Shown in pieces: positions 39,613 to 50,234 of a stretch of DNA of 64,000 bases (position 1 is the stretch's first letter; the number at the start of each line of letters is the position of its first letter). This DNA is from an uncultured Chloroflexia bacterium. GTDB lineage: Bacteria > Chloroflexota > Limnocylindria > Limnocylindrales > CSP1-4. A program made the position numbers and the translations under genes. The DNA lies in contig CAVXPZ010000001.1 of assembly GCA_963763775.1 (NCBI GenBank), positions 352,001 through 416,000 of the forward strand, written 5' to 3'. The notes under the pieces were generated by a model. The model was not told the origin of the DNA. It saw only the letters and a list, made by a program, of their open reading frames with translations, and made no database searches.

Positions 39613-41493
39613 TCAGGAGAGCGGCGGCGCCACCAGGTTCGGCGTGTTCTGCCCGATGGTCACGATGACGTCCGTGCGGATCGCGGGATCCGTCACGAGC
39701 TGCACCTTGGTCTTGAAGAGCCGCTCCAGCGTCGCGATCGTGTTCGGGATCCGCGATTCCGCACCGTTGTAGACGACCACCTGGGTCGTCGCCGGGGTCG
39801 CGCCGGCAGGCTTCTGGCGCGGGGCCGATGCCGCGAGGCCGCGGTACTCGAGGTAGGCGGCCAGCGTCGTGCCGCGCGAACGGTCGGCGAACGGGTTCAG
39901 GACCCAGATGCCGGCACCCTCCTCGGCGAGCGCCTCGGCCTGCGCCTCGTCGACCGGGTTGCGCCGGAAGGCATTGTTGACGGCGGTGCGGATCCGCGAG
40001 ATGTTCGGGAACATCTTGTAGACCGGGGCGCCGGGCGCCGTCTCGGAACCGTACAGCGGCGGCTGGAAGACGTACGAGCTGATGTTCGTCGTATCGATCG
40101 AGGACGCGAGCCCCAGCAGATCGTCGAGCTGGCTCACGGGGATGTCCGTCTTGATCGAGCCCTTCAGCGCCTTGACGAGATCGGGCAGGCGGGGGATGAG
40201 GGCCTGCGGGTCGGCCTGCTCGCGCAGCGAGAGGAGGAGCCGCTGCTGGCGCGAGGCGCGGTCGAAGTCCGAGGTCGTGTGGCGGGAGCGGGCGTAGCGG
40301 AGCGCCGTCTGGCCGTCCATGTGCTGGAGCCCGGCCGGCACGTACAGCCGTCGGTCGAGGGCGCCCGTGGCCGGGAAGCCGTCGTCGACGATCGGGACCT
40401 GGACGTTGACGGTGACGCCGCCGAGTTCGTCGATGACCTTCTTGAAGCCGTCGAAGTTGACCTCGACGAAGTACCGGATATCGAGCCCGTAGAGGTTGCC
40501 GATGGTCGCCTTGAGCGCGTTGTACCCGCGAGTCTTGTTCGTACCCGGCCAGAGGTCGGACCGGTTCCGGTTGTTGACGAACAGCGAGTTGATCTTCTGA
40601 CCGTACGTGGAGCCCCAGAAGTTCCGCGCCGGCCCGGCGGGGAGGGGCACGTTCGTCATGTCGCGCGGCAGGCTGAACATGGCCACCTGCTTGGTCACCG
40701 GGTCGATCGAGACGGTGATCAGCGAGTCGGTGTTGTGGCCGCCGCCCTGGACATCCGCGCCGATGAGCAGGATGTTGAGGCGGTCCTTGCCGTTCCAGGG
40801 CGGGATCGACACCTCCGGGACCGGCGTGCCCGAGATCGACGGCTCCGGCGTCGGAACGGCGGTCGGGGCCTCTGAGTCCGTCGCGTCCGGGGTGGCGCTG
40901 TCGCTCGGCGAGGACGAGTCATCGCTCGGCGAGGACGAGCCGTCGCCGCCGGTATCGCCCGTGTCGCCGTTGTCGCCGCTGTCGTCGGCGCACACGGCCG
41001 TCTGGTCGTCGCCGACGAAGATGCAGCCACCGGTCAGGGCATCCAGTGCGAGGGAGTCGTAGCGGGCGACGACCACGTGCACGCCCGCCATCACGAGGAG
41101 CACGGCCAGCAGGCCCGCGATCGAGAGGGGATTGCGGACGATCTTGCCCGGGCCGAGTCGTCCGCTGCCGCCGGCGTCGTGGGCGTTGAGGAACTCCGCG
41201 ACCCGGTAGGCGTCGACGATCGCGACCACCCGATAGATCAGCACGATGACGTTGACCACGAAGACCGACTGCAGGAACAGCGGGTCGAAGACCAGCCCGA
41301 TCAGGCTGGTGCGGTCCATGCGCAGGAACACGCCGGAACCCAGGGCCACGAGGAGGATCACGGGTGCCGCGAAGGCCAGGGCGCGCATGTAGGCGCCGGC
41401 ATAGAGCTGGCCGAGCCCGGGGAAGATCAGGGAGAGGAAGGCGGCCGCGAACGGCGACCTGTGGCGCGGTCGCGCCTCCTGCGATTGCTGCAT
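39613..41493 (-). CDS. LytR-CpsA-Psr (LCP) family cell-envelope phosphotransferase with N-terminal TM helices
   Basis: LNILLIGAD, NTDSL, FSLPRD, KINSL, ALRYARSRH, DFDRASRQQ. Confidence 0.9.
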   Translation of the reverse strand: MQQSQEARPRHRSPFAAAFLSLIFPGLGQLYAGAYMRALAFAAPVILLVALGSGVFLRMDRTSLIGLVFDPLFLQSVFVVNVIVLIYRVVAIVDAYRVAEFLNAHDAGGSGRLGPGKIVRNPLSIAGLLAVLLVMAGVHVVVARYDSLALDALTGGCIFVGDDQTAVCADDSGDNGDTGDTGGDGSSSPSDDSSSPSDSATPDATDSEAPTAVPTPEPSISGTPVPEVSIPPWNGKDRLNILLIGADVQGGGHNTDSLITVSIDPVTKQVAMFSLPRDMTNVPLPAGPARNFWGSTYGQKINSLFVNNRNRSDLWPGTNKTRGYNALKATIGNLYGLDIRYFVEVNFDGFKKVIDELGGVTVNVQVPIVDDGFPATGALDRRLYVPAGLQHMDGQTALRYARSRHTTSDFDRASRQQRLLLSLREQADPQALIPRLPDLVKALKGSIKTDIPVSQLDDLLGLASSIDTTNISSYVFQPPLYGSETAPGAPVYKMFPNISRIRTAVNNAFRRNPVDEAQAEALAEEGAGIWVLNPFADRSRGTTLAAYLEYRGLAASAPRQKPAGATPATTQVVVYNGAESRIPNTIATLERLFKTKVQLVTDPAIRTDVIVTIGQNTPNLVAPPLS

Positions 41494-41576
41494 CGCGGGT
41501 AGGATACTCGGACCCGCCGATTCGACGCGCCCGCCGCCCTCCGAGCGCCTCGCGACCCTCTCGATACCGGAGTCGA

Positions 41577-44500
41577 ATGTTCCACGCCGTCAGCTCGAAG
41601 CCCGACCTCGTCGCCCAGGAGCACGAGATCCTCGCCCAGTGGCAGGCGCGTCGCACGTTCGCCCGGCTCCGCGCCCAGAACGCGGATGGCCCGAAATGGA
41701 GCTTCCTCGACGGGCCGATCACCGCCAACAACCCGATGGGCGTCCACCACGCCTGGGGCCGCGCGTACAAGGACCTGTACCAGCGCTTCCACGCGATGCT
41801 GGGCGAGGACCAGCGCTACCAGAACGGCTTCGACTGCCAGGGCCTGTGGGTCGAGGTCAACGTCGAGCGCGACCTCGGGTTCACCTCGAAGCGCGACATC
41901 GAGGCCTACGGGATCGACCGCTTCGTCCGGCTGTGCAAGCAGCGCGTGCTGACCTACGCCGCGCGCCAGACCGAGCAGTCCATCCGCCTCGGCATGTGGA
42001 TGGAGTGGAACGATCCCGACGAGCTGCGCCGGCTCCACGACCTGCTCGGCGAGGACGCGACGCAGGTCGCGACCATCGACGGCCCGCGCGGGCCTGTCAC
42101 CGACTCCGTGGAGATGCTCGTCGGCCGGCTCGGCATGCCCGATGTCGGGGGGTCGTACTTCACGTTCAGCAACGAGAACAACGACCTGATCTGGGGGTTC
42201 CTCGCGGAGTGCCACCGGCGCGGCTGGCTGTACAAGGGCCACGACACGATGCCGTGGTGCGCACGCTGCGGGACCGGCCTCTCGCAGACCGAGGTGAACG
42301 AGGGCTACCAGGACAAGGACGACCCCGGGTTGACGGTCCGCTTCCCGCTGCTCGACCGTCCCGGGGAGTCGCTGCTCGTCTGGACCACGACCCCCTGGAC
42401 GCTCACGTCCAACGTGGCCGCCGCGGTCGGGGCGAAGCTCCGCTACGCGAAGGTCCGGCAGGGCGACGACGTCTTCTGGCTCGGAAAGGGCACGCTCAAG
42501 CAGGCGCTCGTCGGGCCGTTCACGGTCGAGGACGAGGCCGATGGCGCGGACCTGGTGGGCTGGCGCTACGCGGGCCCGTTCGACGACCTGCCCGCGGTCC
42601 GGACCGCCTTCGCCGCCGGGACGCGCGACGAGCCGGGATCGCCCTACGTGCACCGCGTCGTCGCGTGGGACGAGGTCGGGGAGGACGAGGGCACGGGGAT
42701 CGTCCACATCGCGCCGGGCTGCGGCGCGGAGGACTTCCAGCTCGGCAAGTCGCTGGGCCTGCCCGTCGTGGCGCCGCTCGACGAGGCCGGGATCGTGCTC
42801 GACGGCTTCGGGTCGCTCAGCGGCCGGGACGTGCGCGACGTCGCCGATCCCGTCATCGAGCACCTGAAGGCCACGGACCGGTTCTACCGCCTCGAGACGA
42901 TCAACCACCGCTACCCGCACTGCTGGCGGTGCGGGACGCCCCTGGTGTTCCGGCTCGTCGACGAGTGGTACATCGACATGGGTCCGGTCTACGACCAGCC
43001 GCGCGCTGACCTCACGACCGCGCAGGTCGACGCGAGCCTCCGCTACCAGATCATGGAGGTCGTCGACCGCATCCGGTGGATCCCGGACTTCGGCTACGAC
43101 CGCGAGCTCGACTGGCTCCTGAACATGGGCGACTGGATGATCAGCAAGAAGCGCTACTGGGGTCTGGCGCTGCCGATCTACGACTGCGCCGCGTGCGGCC
43201 GGGTCGACGTCATCGGCGGTCGCGACGAGCTCCGCGAGCGCGCGGTGGAAGGCTGGGCGTCGTTCGAGGGGCACACGCCGCACCGGCCGTACGTCGACGC
43301 CGTGCGGATCGCCTGCCCGGGCTGCGGCGAACCCGTCGAGCGGATCAAGGACGTCGGCAATCCGTGGCTGGATGCCGGGATCGTGCCGTTCTCGACGCTG
43401 CACTTCCGCGAGGAGCCCGAGTACTGGCGCCAGTGGTTCCCGGCCGACTTCATCACCGAGAGCTTCCCGGGGCAGTTCCGGAACTGGTTCTACTCGATGC
43501 TCGCGATGTCGACCGTCCTCCGACGGGAGCCGCCCTTCGAGATGATCTTCGGGTACGCCCTGGTCTTCGGCGAGGACGGCCGCCCGATGCACAAGAGCTG
43601 GGGCAACGCGATCGATTTCGACGAGGCGGCCGAGCGCATGGGCGTCGACGTCATGCGCTGGATGTTCGCCAAGGCGCGGCCGGAGGACAACATCCTCTTC
43701 GGCTGGCACGCCGCCGACGAGGCGCGACGTGAACTGCTGGTGCTGTGGAACGTCTACGCGTTCTTCGTCACCTACGCCCGGCTCGCGGGCTGGTCGCCGG
43801 CCGACGGCGCCATCCCGGTCTCGGAGCGCGGCGCGCTCGACCGCTGGATCCTGTCCAGGGCGGCGGGCACGGCCGAAGTCGTCGAGGACCGGCTGCGCGA
43901 CGTCGACGCGGTCGGCGCGACGCGGGCGCTCGCCTCGTTCATGGACGGCCTCTCGACGTGGTACCTGCGGCTGTCGCGGGAGCGCATGCGACGCAACGAC
44001 GACACCGCCGACCGCGCCGCGGCCTTCGCGACGCTCCACGAGGCGCTGCTCGCGACCACGCGGATGCTTGCCCCGATCCTGCCGTTCCTCGCCGACTCGG
44101 TGTACGGGAACCTCTCGACGGACGTGGCCGGCTCGCCCGACAGCGTCCATCTGACGCGCTGGCCGGCGGCCGAGCTGGCGGCCCACCGCGACGAGCGGCT
44201 CGAGACCGCCATGACCGTCGCGCAGCACGCCGTGGACCTCGCCAGGACGCTGCGCAACTCGGCCAGGATCCGAACCCGTCAGCCGCTGGCGCAAGCGTGG
44301 CTCGCCCTCCCGGATCGCGCGCTGGATGTCGGACGGGAGCTGCTCGCGATCGTCGCGAACGAGGTCAACGTCAAGGACGTCCACGTGATCGCGGACGGCT
44401 CCGACCTCGTCGAACGGCGGGTCAAGCCGCTGCTCCCGAAGATCGGGAAGCGCCTCGGGGCCGCGATCCCGTCGATCATGGCGGCTGCCCGCAACGGCGA

Positions 44501-44915
44501 CGTCACCTTCGCCGCGGACGGGTCGGTGACGCTGGCCGGGGTGACCCTGGCCGCCGACGAGGTCGAGATCCAGGCGTCGCCGCGACCCGGCACGGCGGTC
44601 GCGGACCGCGACGGTCTGGTCATGGTCATCGACACGGCCCTGACGCCCGAGCTGATCGCCGAGGGCGATGCCCGCGAGCTCCAGCGCGCCATCCAGGACC
44701 TGCGCAAGGAGGCCGGCCTCGAGCTGGACGACCGCATCGACCTGTGGGTCGAGGGTGCCGCTCCCGAAGTCGCGGCGCACATGCCGTCCGTGGCCGACGA
44801 GACGCTCGCGGTGCTCGCGGACGGCGCCCCGCCGGCCGATGCGTCCAGCGTCTCGGTGAGCCTGGAGGCCGGCGCCGCCAGCGTGGCGTTGCGTCGCCGC
44901 TCGGGCGGCGAGTAG
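41577..44915 (+). CDS. ileS: Isoleucyl-tRNA synthetase, type 2 (IleRS2)
   Basis: FLDGPITANNPMGVHH, GFDCQGL, WTTTPWTL, GTGIVH, DWMISKKRYWG, PMHKSWGN, C-terminal IQDLRK..DRI without the IleRS1 Zn finger; followed by lspA. Confidence 0.95.
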   Translation: MFHAVSSKPDLVAQEHEILAQWQARRTFARLRAQNADGPKWSFLDGPITANNPMGVHHAWGRAYKDLYQRFHAMLGEDQRYQNGFDCQGLWVEVNVERDLGFTSKRDIEAYGIDRFVRLCKQRVLTYAARQTEQSIRLGMWMEWNDPDELRRLHDLLGEDATQVATIDGPRGPVTDSVEMLVGRLGMPDVGGSYFTFSNENNDLIWGFLAECHRRGWLYKGHDTMPWCARCGTGLSQTEVNEGYQDKDDPGLTVRFPLLDRPGESLLVWTTTPWTLTSNVAAAVGAKLRYAKVRQGDDVFWLGKGTLKQALVGPFTVEDEADGADLVGWRYAGPFDDLPAVRTAFAAGTRDEPGSPYVHRVVAWDEVGEDEGTGIVHIAPGCGAEDFQLGKSLGLPVVAPLDEAGIVLDGFGSLSGRDVRDVADPVIEHLKATDRFYRLETINHRYPHCWRCGTPLVFRLVDEWYIDMGPVYDQPRADLTTAQVDASLRYQIMEVVDRIRWIPDFGYDRELDWLLNMGDWMISKKRYWGLALPIYDCAACGRVDVIGGRDELRERAVEGWASFEGHTPHRPYVDAVRIACPGCGEPVERIKDVGNPWLDAGIVPFSTLHFREEPEYWRQWFPADFITESFPGQFRNWFYSMLAMSTVLRREPPFEMIFGYALVFGEDGRPMHKSWGNAIDFDEAAERMGVDVMRWMFAKARPEDNILFGWHAADEARRELLVLWNVYAFFVTYARLAGWSPADGAIPVSERGALDRWILSRAAGTAEVVEDRLRDVDAVGATRALASFMDGLSTWYLRLSRERMRRNDDTADRAAAFATLHEALLATTRMLAPILPFLADSVYGNLSTDVAGSPDSVHLTRWPAAELAAHRDERLETAMTVAQHAVDLARTLRNSARIRTRQPLAQAWLALPDRALDVGRELLAIVANEVNVKDVHVIADGSDLVERRVKPLLPKIGKRLGAAIPSIMAAARNGDVTFAADGSVTLAGVTLAADEVEIQASPRPGTAVADRDGLVMVIDTALTPELIAEGDARELQRAIQDLRKEAGLELDDRIDLWVEGAAPEVAAHMPSVADETLAVLADGAPPADASSVSVSLEAGAASVALRRRSGGE

Positions 44916-44921
44916 GCTCCG

Positions 44922-45521
44922 ATGACGGACTCGGCGGACGACGGAGGCGAGGACCTGGAGTCGGGCGGGGCAGCGTCCACCGACGCGACGGCAGCGGCCG
45001 ATCCGGTCGTTACGGCGACACCGGTCGTGCGCGGCCGCCCTCGGTGGGGCATCTTCGTCTCGATCGTGGTCGCGGTGGTCGTGCTCGACCAGCTCAGCAA
45101 GGCCTGGCTCGTCGCGACCGTGGCGCCCGGCGAGGTGCTGCGGATCATCGGGGACTACGTCCGGCTGGTGCAGAGCCAGAACTCTGGCGCGCTGTTCGGG
45201 ATGTTCCGCGACCAGGCACTGCTCTTCGGGCTCGTCTCGCTCGGTGTCGTGGCGCTCATCGTCGCGTACCACGCCATGTCCGGCCGGAACCTGTATCTCT
45301 CGATCGCGCTCGGGCTGCTGCTCGGCGGCGCCATCGGCAACGGCATCGACCGCTTCCGGATCAACCACGTGACCGACTGGGTCGACATCGGCCTTGGCGA
45401 CCTCCGCTTCTGGACCTTCAACGTCGCCGACTCGGCGATCACGATCGCGATCCTGATGTTGATCGGCCTCGCGCTCTTCCCGAGCCTGGCCCAGCGGCTC
45501 GGGGCGGCCCCCGATGCCTGA
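44922..45521 (+). CDS. lspA: Lipoprotein signal peptidase
   Basis: LDQLSK, NSGALFG, GAIGNGIDR, VTDW, FNVADSAI. Confidence 0.93.
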   Translation: MTDSADDGGEDLESGGAASTDATAAADPVVTATPVVRGRPRWGIFVSIVVAVVVLDQLSKAWLVATVAPGEVLRIIGDYVRLVQSQNSGALFGMFRDQALLFGLVSLGVVALIVAYHAMSGRNLYLSIALGLLLGGAIGNGIDRFRINHVTDWVDIGLGDLRFWTFNVADSAITIAILMLIGLALFPSLAQRLGAAPDA

Positions 45522-46473
45522 CGGCGCCGCGGCCGTCGGCGAGCGGACGCTCCTCGTGCCCGACGGCCCGCCCGGCCGGGTCGACCGCTTCGTCGCCGAC
45601 GCGACCGGCCTCTCCAGGAGCTACGTCCAGAAGCTCATCACCGACGGCCGGCTCACCGCCGACGGCCTGCCTCTGAAGGCGAACTCCATCGTGTCGGCCG
45701 GCACCGAGCTCCGGCTCGACGTCCCGGAGGTCGTCGCGCTCGACGTCGCACCGGCGCCCGACATCGCGATCGACGTCGTCTACGAGGACGACGACCTCCT
45801 GATCATCGACAAGCCGTCCGGCCTGGTCGTGCATCCCGGGCCGGGCCACTCGTCCGACACGCTGGTCAACGGCCTGCTCGCCCGCGCCGGCGGCTCGGAG
45901 TACGGCGGGATCGCGGGCGTCGCCCGGCCGGGCATCGTCCACCGCCTCGACCGCGATACCAGCGGATTGCTCATGGTCGCCAAGCACGACACCGCGCAGG
46001 CGTCGCTGATGGCACAGCTGAAGGCGCGCCGGATCAAGAAGACGTACCTCGCGCTCGTCCAGGGGAACGTGTCGGCCGCCGCCGGGCGGATCGAGGCCCC
46101 GATCGGCCGCGACCCCAAGCGTCGGACGCGGATGGCGGTCGTCACCGACGGCCGCCCGTCGGTCACCGGCTACCGCGTCCGCGAGCGGTTCGACGGCTGG
46201 ACGTCCCTCGAGCTCGACCTCGTGACCGGACGCACCCACCAGATCCGGGTGCACCTCGACGCCATCGGCCATCCGGTCGCCGGCGATCCGGTGTACGGCG
46301 GCGCGCTGGCTCGTCGCGGCCCCGAGGGCCTCGAACGGCTGTTCCTCCACGCGTGGCGGCTCGAGCTCAACGCGCCGTCGGACGGTCACCTGATCCGCGC
46401 GACGGCGCCGCTGCCGGCGGCCCTGGAAGACGTCCTGGAGCGCCTGCGCCTGGTCGGAGGTCTCGGGCATTGA
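45514..46473 (+). CDS. RluA/RluD family pseudouridine synthase
   Basis: S4 domain, DKPSGLVVHP, GIVHRLDRDTSG, TGRTHQIRVH, GDPVYG. Confidence 0.93.
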   Translation: MPDGAAAVGERTLLVPDGPPGRVDRFVADATGLSRSYVQKLITDGRLTADGLPLKANSIVSAGTELRLDVPEVVALDVAPAPDIAIDVVYEDDDLLIIDKPSGLVVHPGPGHSSDTLVNGLLARAGGSEYGGIAGVARPGIVHRLDRDTSGLLMVAKHDTAQASLMAQLKARRIKKTYLALVQGNVSAAAGRIEAPIGRDPKRRTRMAVVTDGRPSVTGYRVRERFDGWTSLELDLVTGRTHQIRVHLDAIGHPVAGDPVYGGALARRGPEGLERLFLHAWRLELNAPSDGHLIRATAPLPAALEDVLERLRLVGGLGH

Positions 46474-47114
46474 GCGGGGACCAGCCCGTGCCGTCGATCC
46501 CGGCCGTGCTCGGCGCGCCCGGCGCCCAGCTGGTCATCATCTCGGGCCCCAGCGGCGTCGGGAAGGACACGATCATCGATGCGCTGCGCGAACGGCCTCG
46601 CGACCCGGACTACCACTACGTGGTGACCTGCACCACGCGAGCCCCGCGCCCCGGCGAGATCGACGGGATCAGCTACCACTTCCTCGACCGCGAGCGATTC
46701 CTGGCCCTGCGCGATGCCGGCGGCCTCCTCGAGGCGAACGAGGTGCACGGCAACTGGTACGGGACGCCGCGGGGCGAAGTGCGGGACGCCCTCAAGGCCG
46801 GCCACGACGTGATCCTCAAGATCGACGTCCAAGGGGCCCAGCAGGTCAAGGAGCGCGTCGACGAGGCCCTGCTCGTGTTCATCGTCCCGCCGTCCATGGA
46901 GGCGCTCTTCGCGCGACTCCGAGCCCGTGCGACCGAGACCGCGGACCAGCTGGAGATCCGCCAGCGCAACGCGGCGATCGAGATCGCCCGGCAGGAGGAC
47001 TATGACCACGTCGTCGTCAACGAGACGGGGCAGGTCGAGCGGACCGCCGAGACGATCGACTCGATCATCGCGGAGACCCACCGGCTCCACCCGACGCGGC
47101 GGGTGCGGGTCTAG
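46470..47114 (+). CDS. gmk: Guanylate kinase
   Basis: SGPSGVGKDT, TTRAPRPGEIDG, YGTP, IDVQGA; exact start uncertain (TTG 46470 or GTG 46488). Confidence 0.93.
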   Translation: MSGDQPVPSIPAVLGAPGAQLVIISGPSGVGKDTIIDALRERPRDPDYHYVVTCTTRAPRPGEIDGISYHFLDRERFLALRDAGGLLEANEVHGNWYGTPRGEVRDALKAGHDVILKIDVQGAQQVKERVDEALLVFIVPPSMEALFARLRARATETADQLEIRQRNAAIEIARQEDYDHVVVNETGQVERTAETIDSIIAETHRLHPTRRVRV

Positions 47115-47123
47115 GGCCTAGCG

Positions 47124-49623
47124 GTGACGCTCGGTCTGGCGACGGGCCCGGAGTCGATCGCCGACGGCGGACGGCTCGTCGAGGTCGCGATCGACGCCGC
47201 CGGCGCGGCCGGTGCCCGGACGTACACGTACTCGATCCCCGCCGAGCTCGGCGACCTCGAAGCGGGCGAGGCCGTCCTGGTGGAGTACGGTCACCGGCAG
47301 GCCCTCGGGATCATCCTCGGCGAGGTCGCCGACGCCCCCGCCGGCGTGCGGCCGAAGCCGGTCCAGGACCGCGTTCGGGCGGACGGGCCGCTCCTGCCGC
47401 CGCTCGGGCTCGCGCTGGCGTCCTGGATCTCCACGCACTACCTGGCGCCCGCGGCCCTGGTCCTGCGCGCGATGCTCCCGCCCGGCATGCTCGAGCGCCT
47501 CGAGCTGGTCGCGGAGCTCGCGCCGGCCGGCCTCGAGGCCGCCGGGACGCCCGACGTCGACGCGGACCTGGATGTCGTCGATCGCGACCTGCTCGACCAA
47601 CTCGACCGAGGTCCCCGGGCCGCCCGCGACCTCGCCGCCCCCGAGGGCCGCGCCGGCCTCGTCCGCCGCCTTCGGTCACTGGCGTCGCGCGGTCACATCT
47701 CGCTCGACTGGACGTTGCTCGCCGCGTCCGCCGGCCCGCGCTATCGAACGCTGGGTGACGGTCACGTCGGCGGGCGCGGATGCCACGGCAGCGCTGGCCC
47801 GTGGGGACCGTCCCGCCGGGCGCGCCCTCGGCCCTCGGCAGGTGGCGGCCCTGGCCGAGCTGGTCGAGTCGCCCGCCGGGGCGTCCGGCGCGGACCTCGC
47901 CGGTCGGCACGGCTCGTCCGCGCTCACCGGCCTGGTCCGCCGCGGGCTCGCCACCTCCGAGGTGCGCGAGCGGCCGCGCCGCCCCCTGGCCGGTCGCTCG
48001 GCCGGGCGGCGCGGGGGCCGGCCGCCGGCGACCGATCTCCTTCCCGCCCAAGCCCAGGCCGTGGCGCGGATCACGGCCGCCATGGTCGAGCGAGACGCCA
48101 CGCCACTCCTGCTGGAAGGCGTGACGGGCGGCGGCAAGACCGCGGTCTACGTCGACGTCCTCGCGACCGCGCTCGAAGCCGGCGGACGCGCGCTCGTCCT
48201 CGTGCCCGAGATCTCGCTGGCCCTGCCGCTCGTCGATCGGCTGCGCGCGGACCTCGACGCCCGGGTCGCCCTCGTCCACTCCGGGCTCGGCGACGGCGAA
48301 CGCGCCGACGAGTGGCGCCGCATCCGCGCTGGCGATGTCGACATCGTGGTCGGGACGCGGCTGGCCGTCCTGGCGCCACTCGCGGACGTCGCCGTGGTCA
48401 TCGTGGACGAGGAGCACGAGGCGGCCTACAAGAGCGACCGAACGCCGAGGCTCCAGGCACGGGACGTCGCCATCGAGCTCGGCCGGCTGGCAGGGGCCGC
48501 CGTGGTGCTCGGGTCGGCGACGCCGGCCGTCGACAGCCTCGGCCGAGCGCGGTCGGGGACGTACCGCCATGTCGTGCTCCCGGGTCGTCCCGTCGGCCAG
48601 CTGCCGACGATCGAGGTGGTCGACCTTCGCGCCGAACTGGCCGCCGGCGAGCGCGGCCTGCTCTCGCGTCCGCTCGCCGCGGCGCTGGCCGGGCTGGACA
48701 CGACCGTCGGGGACCAGGCGATCCTCGTGCTCAACCGTCGAGGCAGCGCGTCGGTCGTGCTGTGCCGCGACTGCGGTCACGTGCAGGCATGCCCCGACTG
48801 CGAGCGGCCGCTCGTGTACCACCAGGCGGGGACCACGCTTCGGTGCCACCACTGCGGCCGGGCGACGCCGCTCGCGACGCGCTGCCCGAATTGCGCATCG
48901 CCTCGGATCCGATACCTGGGCGGCGGGACGGAGCGGGTGGAACGCGAGGTCCGCGAACGCTTCCCGGGCCTGCGGGTCGGCCGGCTCGACCGGGACGTGG
49001 TCGAGCGCCGCGGCGCCGCCGAGCGGGTCGTCGACGCCTTCGCGGAGGGCCGGATCGACGTGCTGGTCGGGACGAGCCTGGTCGCCAAGGGCCTCGACAT
49101 CCCGGCCGTCACCGTCGTCGGCGTGGTCTCGAGCGACATCGCCCTCAACCTCCCGGACGAGCGAGCTGCCGAGCGGACGTTCCAGCTCCTGACGCAGGCC
49201 GTCGGTCGCGCGGGTCGCGGCGAACGGCCCGGTCGGGCGTTCCTCCAGACGTATCAGCCAGACCACCCGGCGATCCAGGCGGTGGCGACGGGTGATGCGA
49301 CCGCGTTCTACGACGCCGAGCTCGCGATGCGGGAGCGGTTCGGATCGCCGCCCTTCGGTCGCCTCGTGAAGCTCACGGTCGGTCTGACCGATCGCGACGC
49401 CGCCGAGCGCGAGGCGGCATCCATGGCCGAGATGCTCCGCGCCAGGGCCACCGAGCGCGGGACCAGGGTCGCGGTCATCGGGCCGGCACCGGCCTATATC
49501 GCGCGTCGCGCCGACCGGTGGCGGTACAACCTCGTCCTTCGCGGCCCGGACCCGGTCGCGTTGCTCGACGGCGGCCCGGACGCCCCCTGGTCGGTGGACG
49601 TGGACCCCGAATCGTTGCTGTGA
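47124..49623 (+). CDS. priA: Primosomal protein N' (apparent +1 frameshift ~47748)
   Basis: GVTGGGKT, VPEISL, DEEH, GSATP, four CxxC pairs, QAVGRAGR, DVDPESLL. Confidence 0.93.
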
Positions 49624-49711
49624 CGAGGCCCGTTCGTCGCATCTCGGCGCCATCGGCGACCTTCGACGGCGGTTCGTGCGAGGATGTCGTCATCACTGGA
49701 GGTGCCCTGGC

Positions 49712-50191
49712 ATGACCGCGAACCCCGAATCCCACGACGACCCGTCCGGCGATCCCGGATCCAGCTCGAAGTCGACCGGCGCGACGGCGATCCTCGACTC
49801 CATCCGCGACGCACTCGACGACCTGACCGAGCGCGCGACGCCGGCCGTCCGCGAGGTCTCCGCCCGCGCCGCCGAGCTGACGGCGGTGGCGGCGTCCAAG
49901 GCGGCGCCGTTGGCCCGGAAGGCCGGCGATGCGACGGCTGATGCGAGCGGCAAGCTGGCTGAACGCTCGAAGACGTGGGCCGCCGAGCTGCGTGCGTCGA
50001 TCGGCGGCGACGCGGCCGCGACCGACGCCGCCTCGGACGCCACCGCGAAGGCCGCGGACGTCGCGGGTGACGTCGCGGACGACGCGGCCGGAGCCGCGTC
50101 CAAGGCCGCGGATGCCGCGGGCGAGACGGCCGCGTCGGTCGCCGACGCCGCGACGGACGCCGCGAGCGAGGTCGCGCCGACGGAGCATTGA
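49712..50191 (+). CDS. Ala/Asp-rich helical hypothetical protein with 11-mer repeats
   Basis: GGAGG ribosome-binding site before ATG 49712; amphipathic repeats. Confidence 0.7.
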   Translation: MTANPESHDDPSGDPGSSSKSTGATAILDSIRDALDDLTERATPAVREVSARAAELTAVAASKAAPLARKAGDATADASGKLAERSKTWAAELRASIGGDAAATDAASDATAKAADVAGDVADDAAGAASKAADAAGETAASVADAATDAASEVAPTEH

Positions 50192-50234
50192 CCCGGCTCG
50201 AAGCCGCCGGTCTCGCTCGGTATACTGCGCGCTC

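Noticed and set aside
40901-40939. 18-bp direct repeat with 21-bp period
   Set aside because: In-frame duplication encoding the SSSPSD linker of the LCP protein.
41494-41576. Possible T-box upstream of ileS (also checked upstream of ilvE)
   Set aside because: The intergenic space is too short and no T-box consensus or specifier stem is visible.
41427-45368. Very long antisense ORFs (1313 aa here, and others opposite uvrB, secD, DAK2, recG)
   Set aside because: Shadow ORFs expected from strong GC3 bias on the coding strand; no recognisable motifs.
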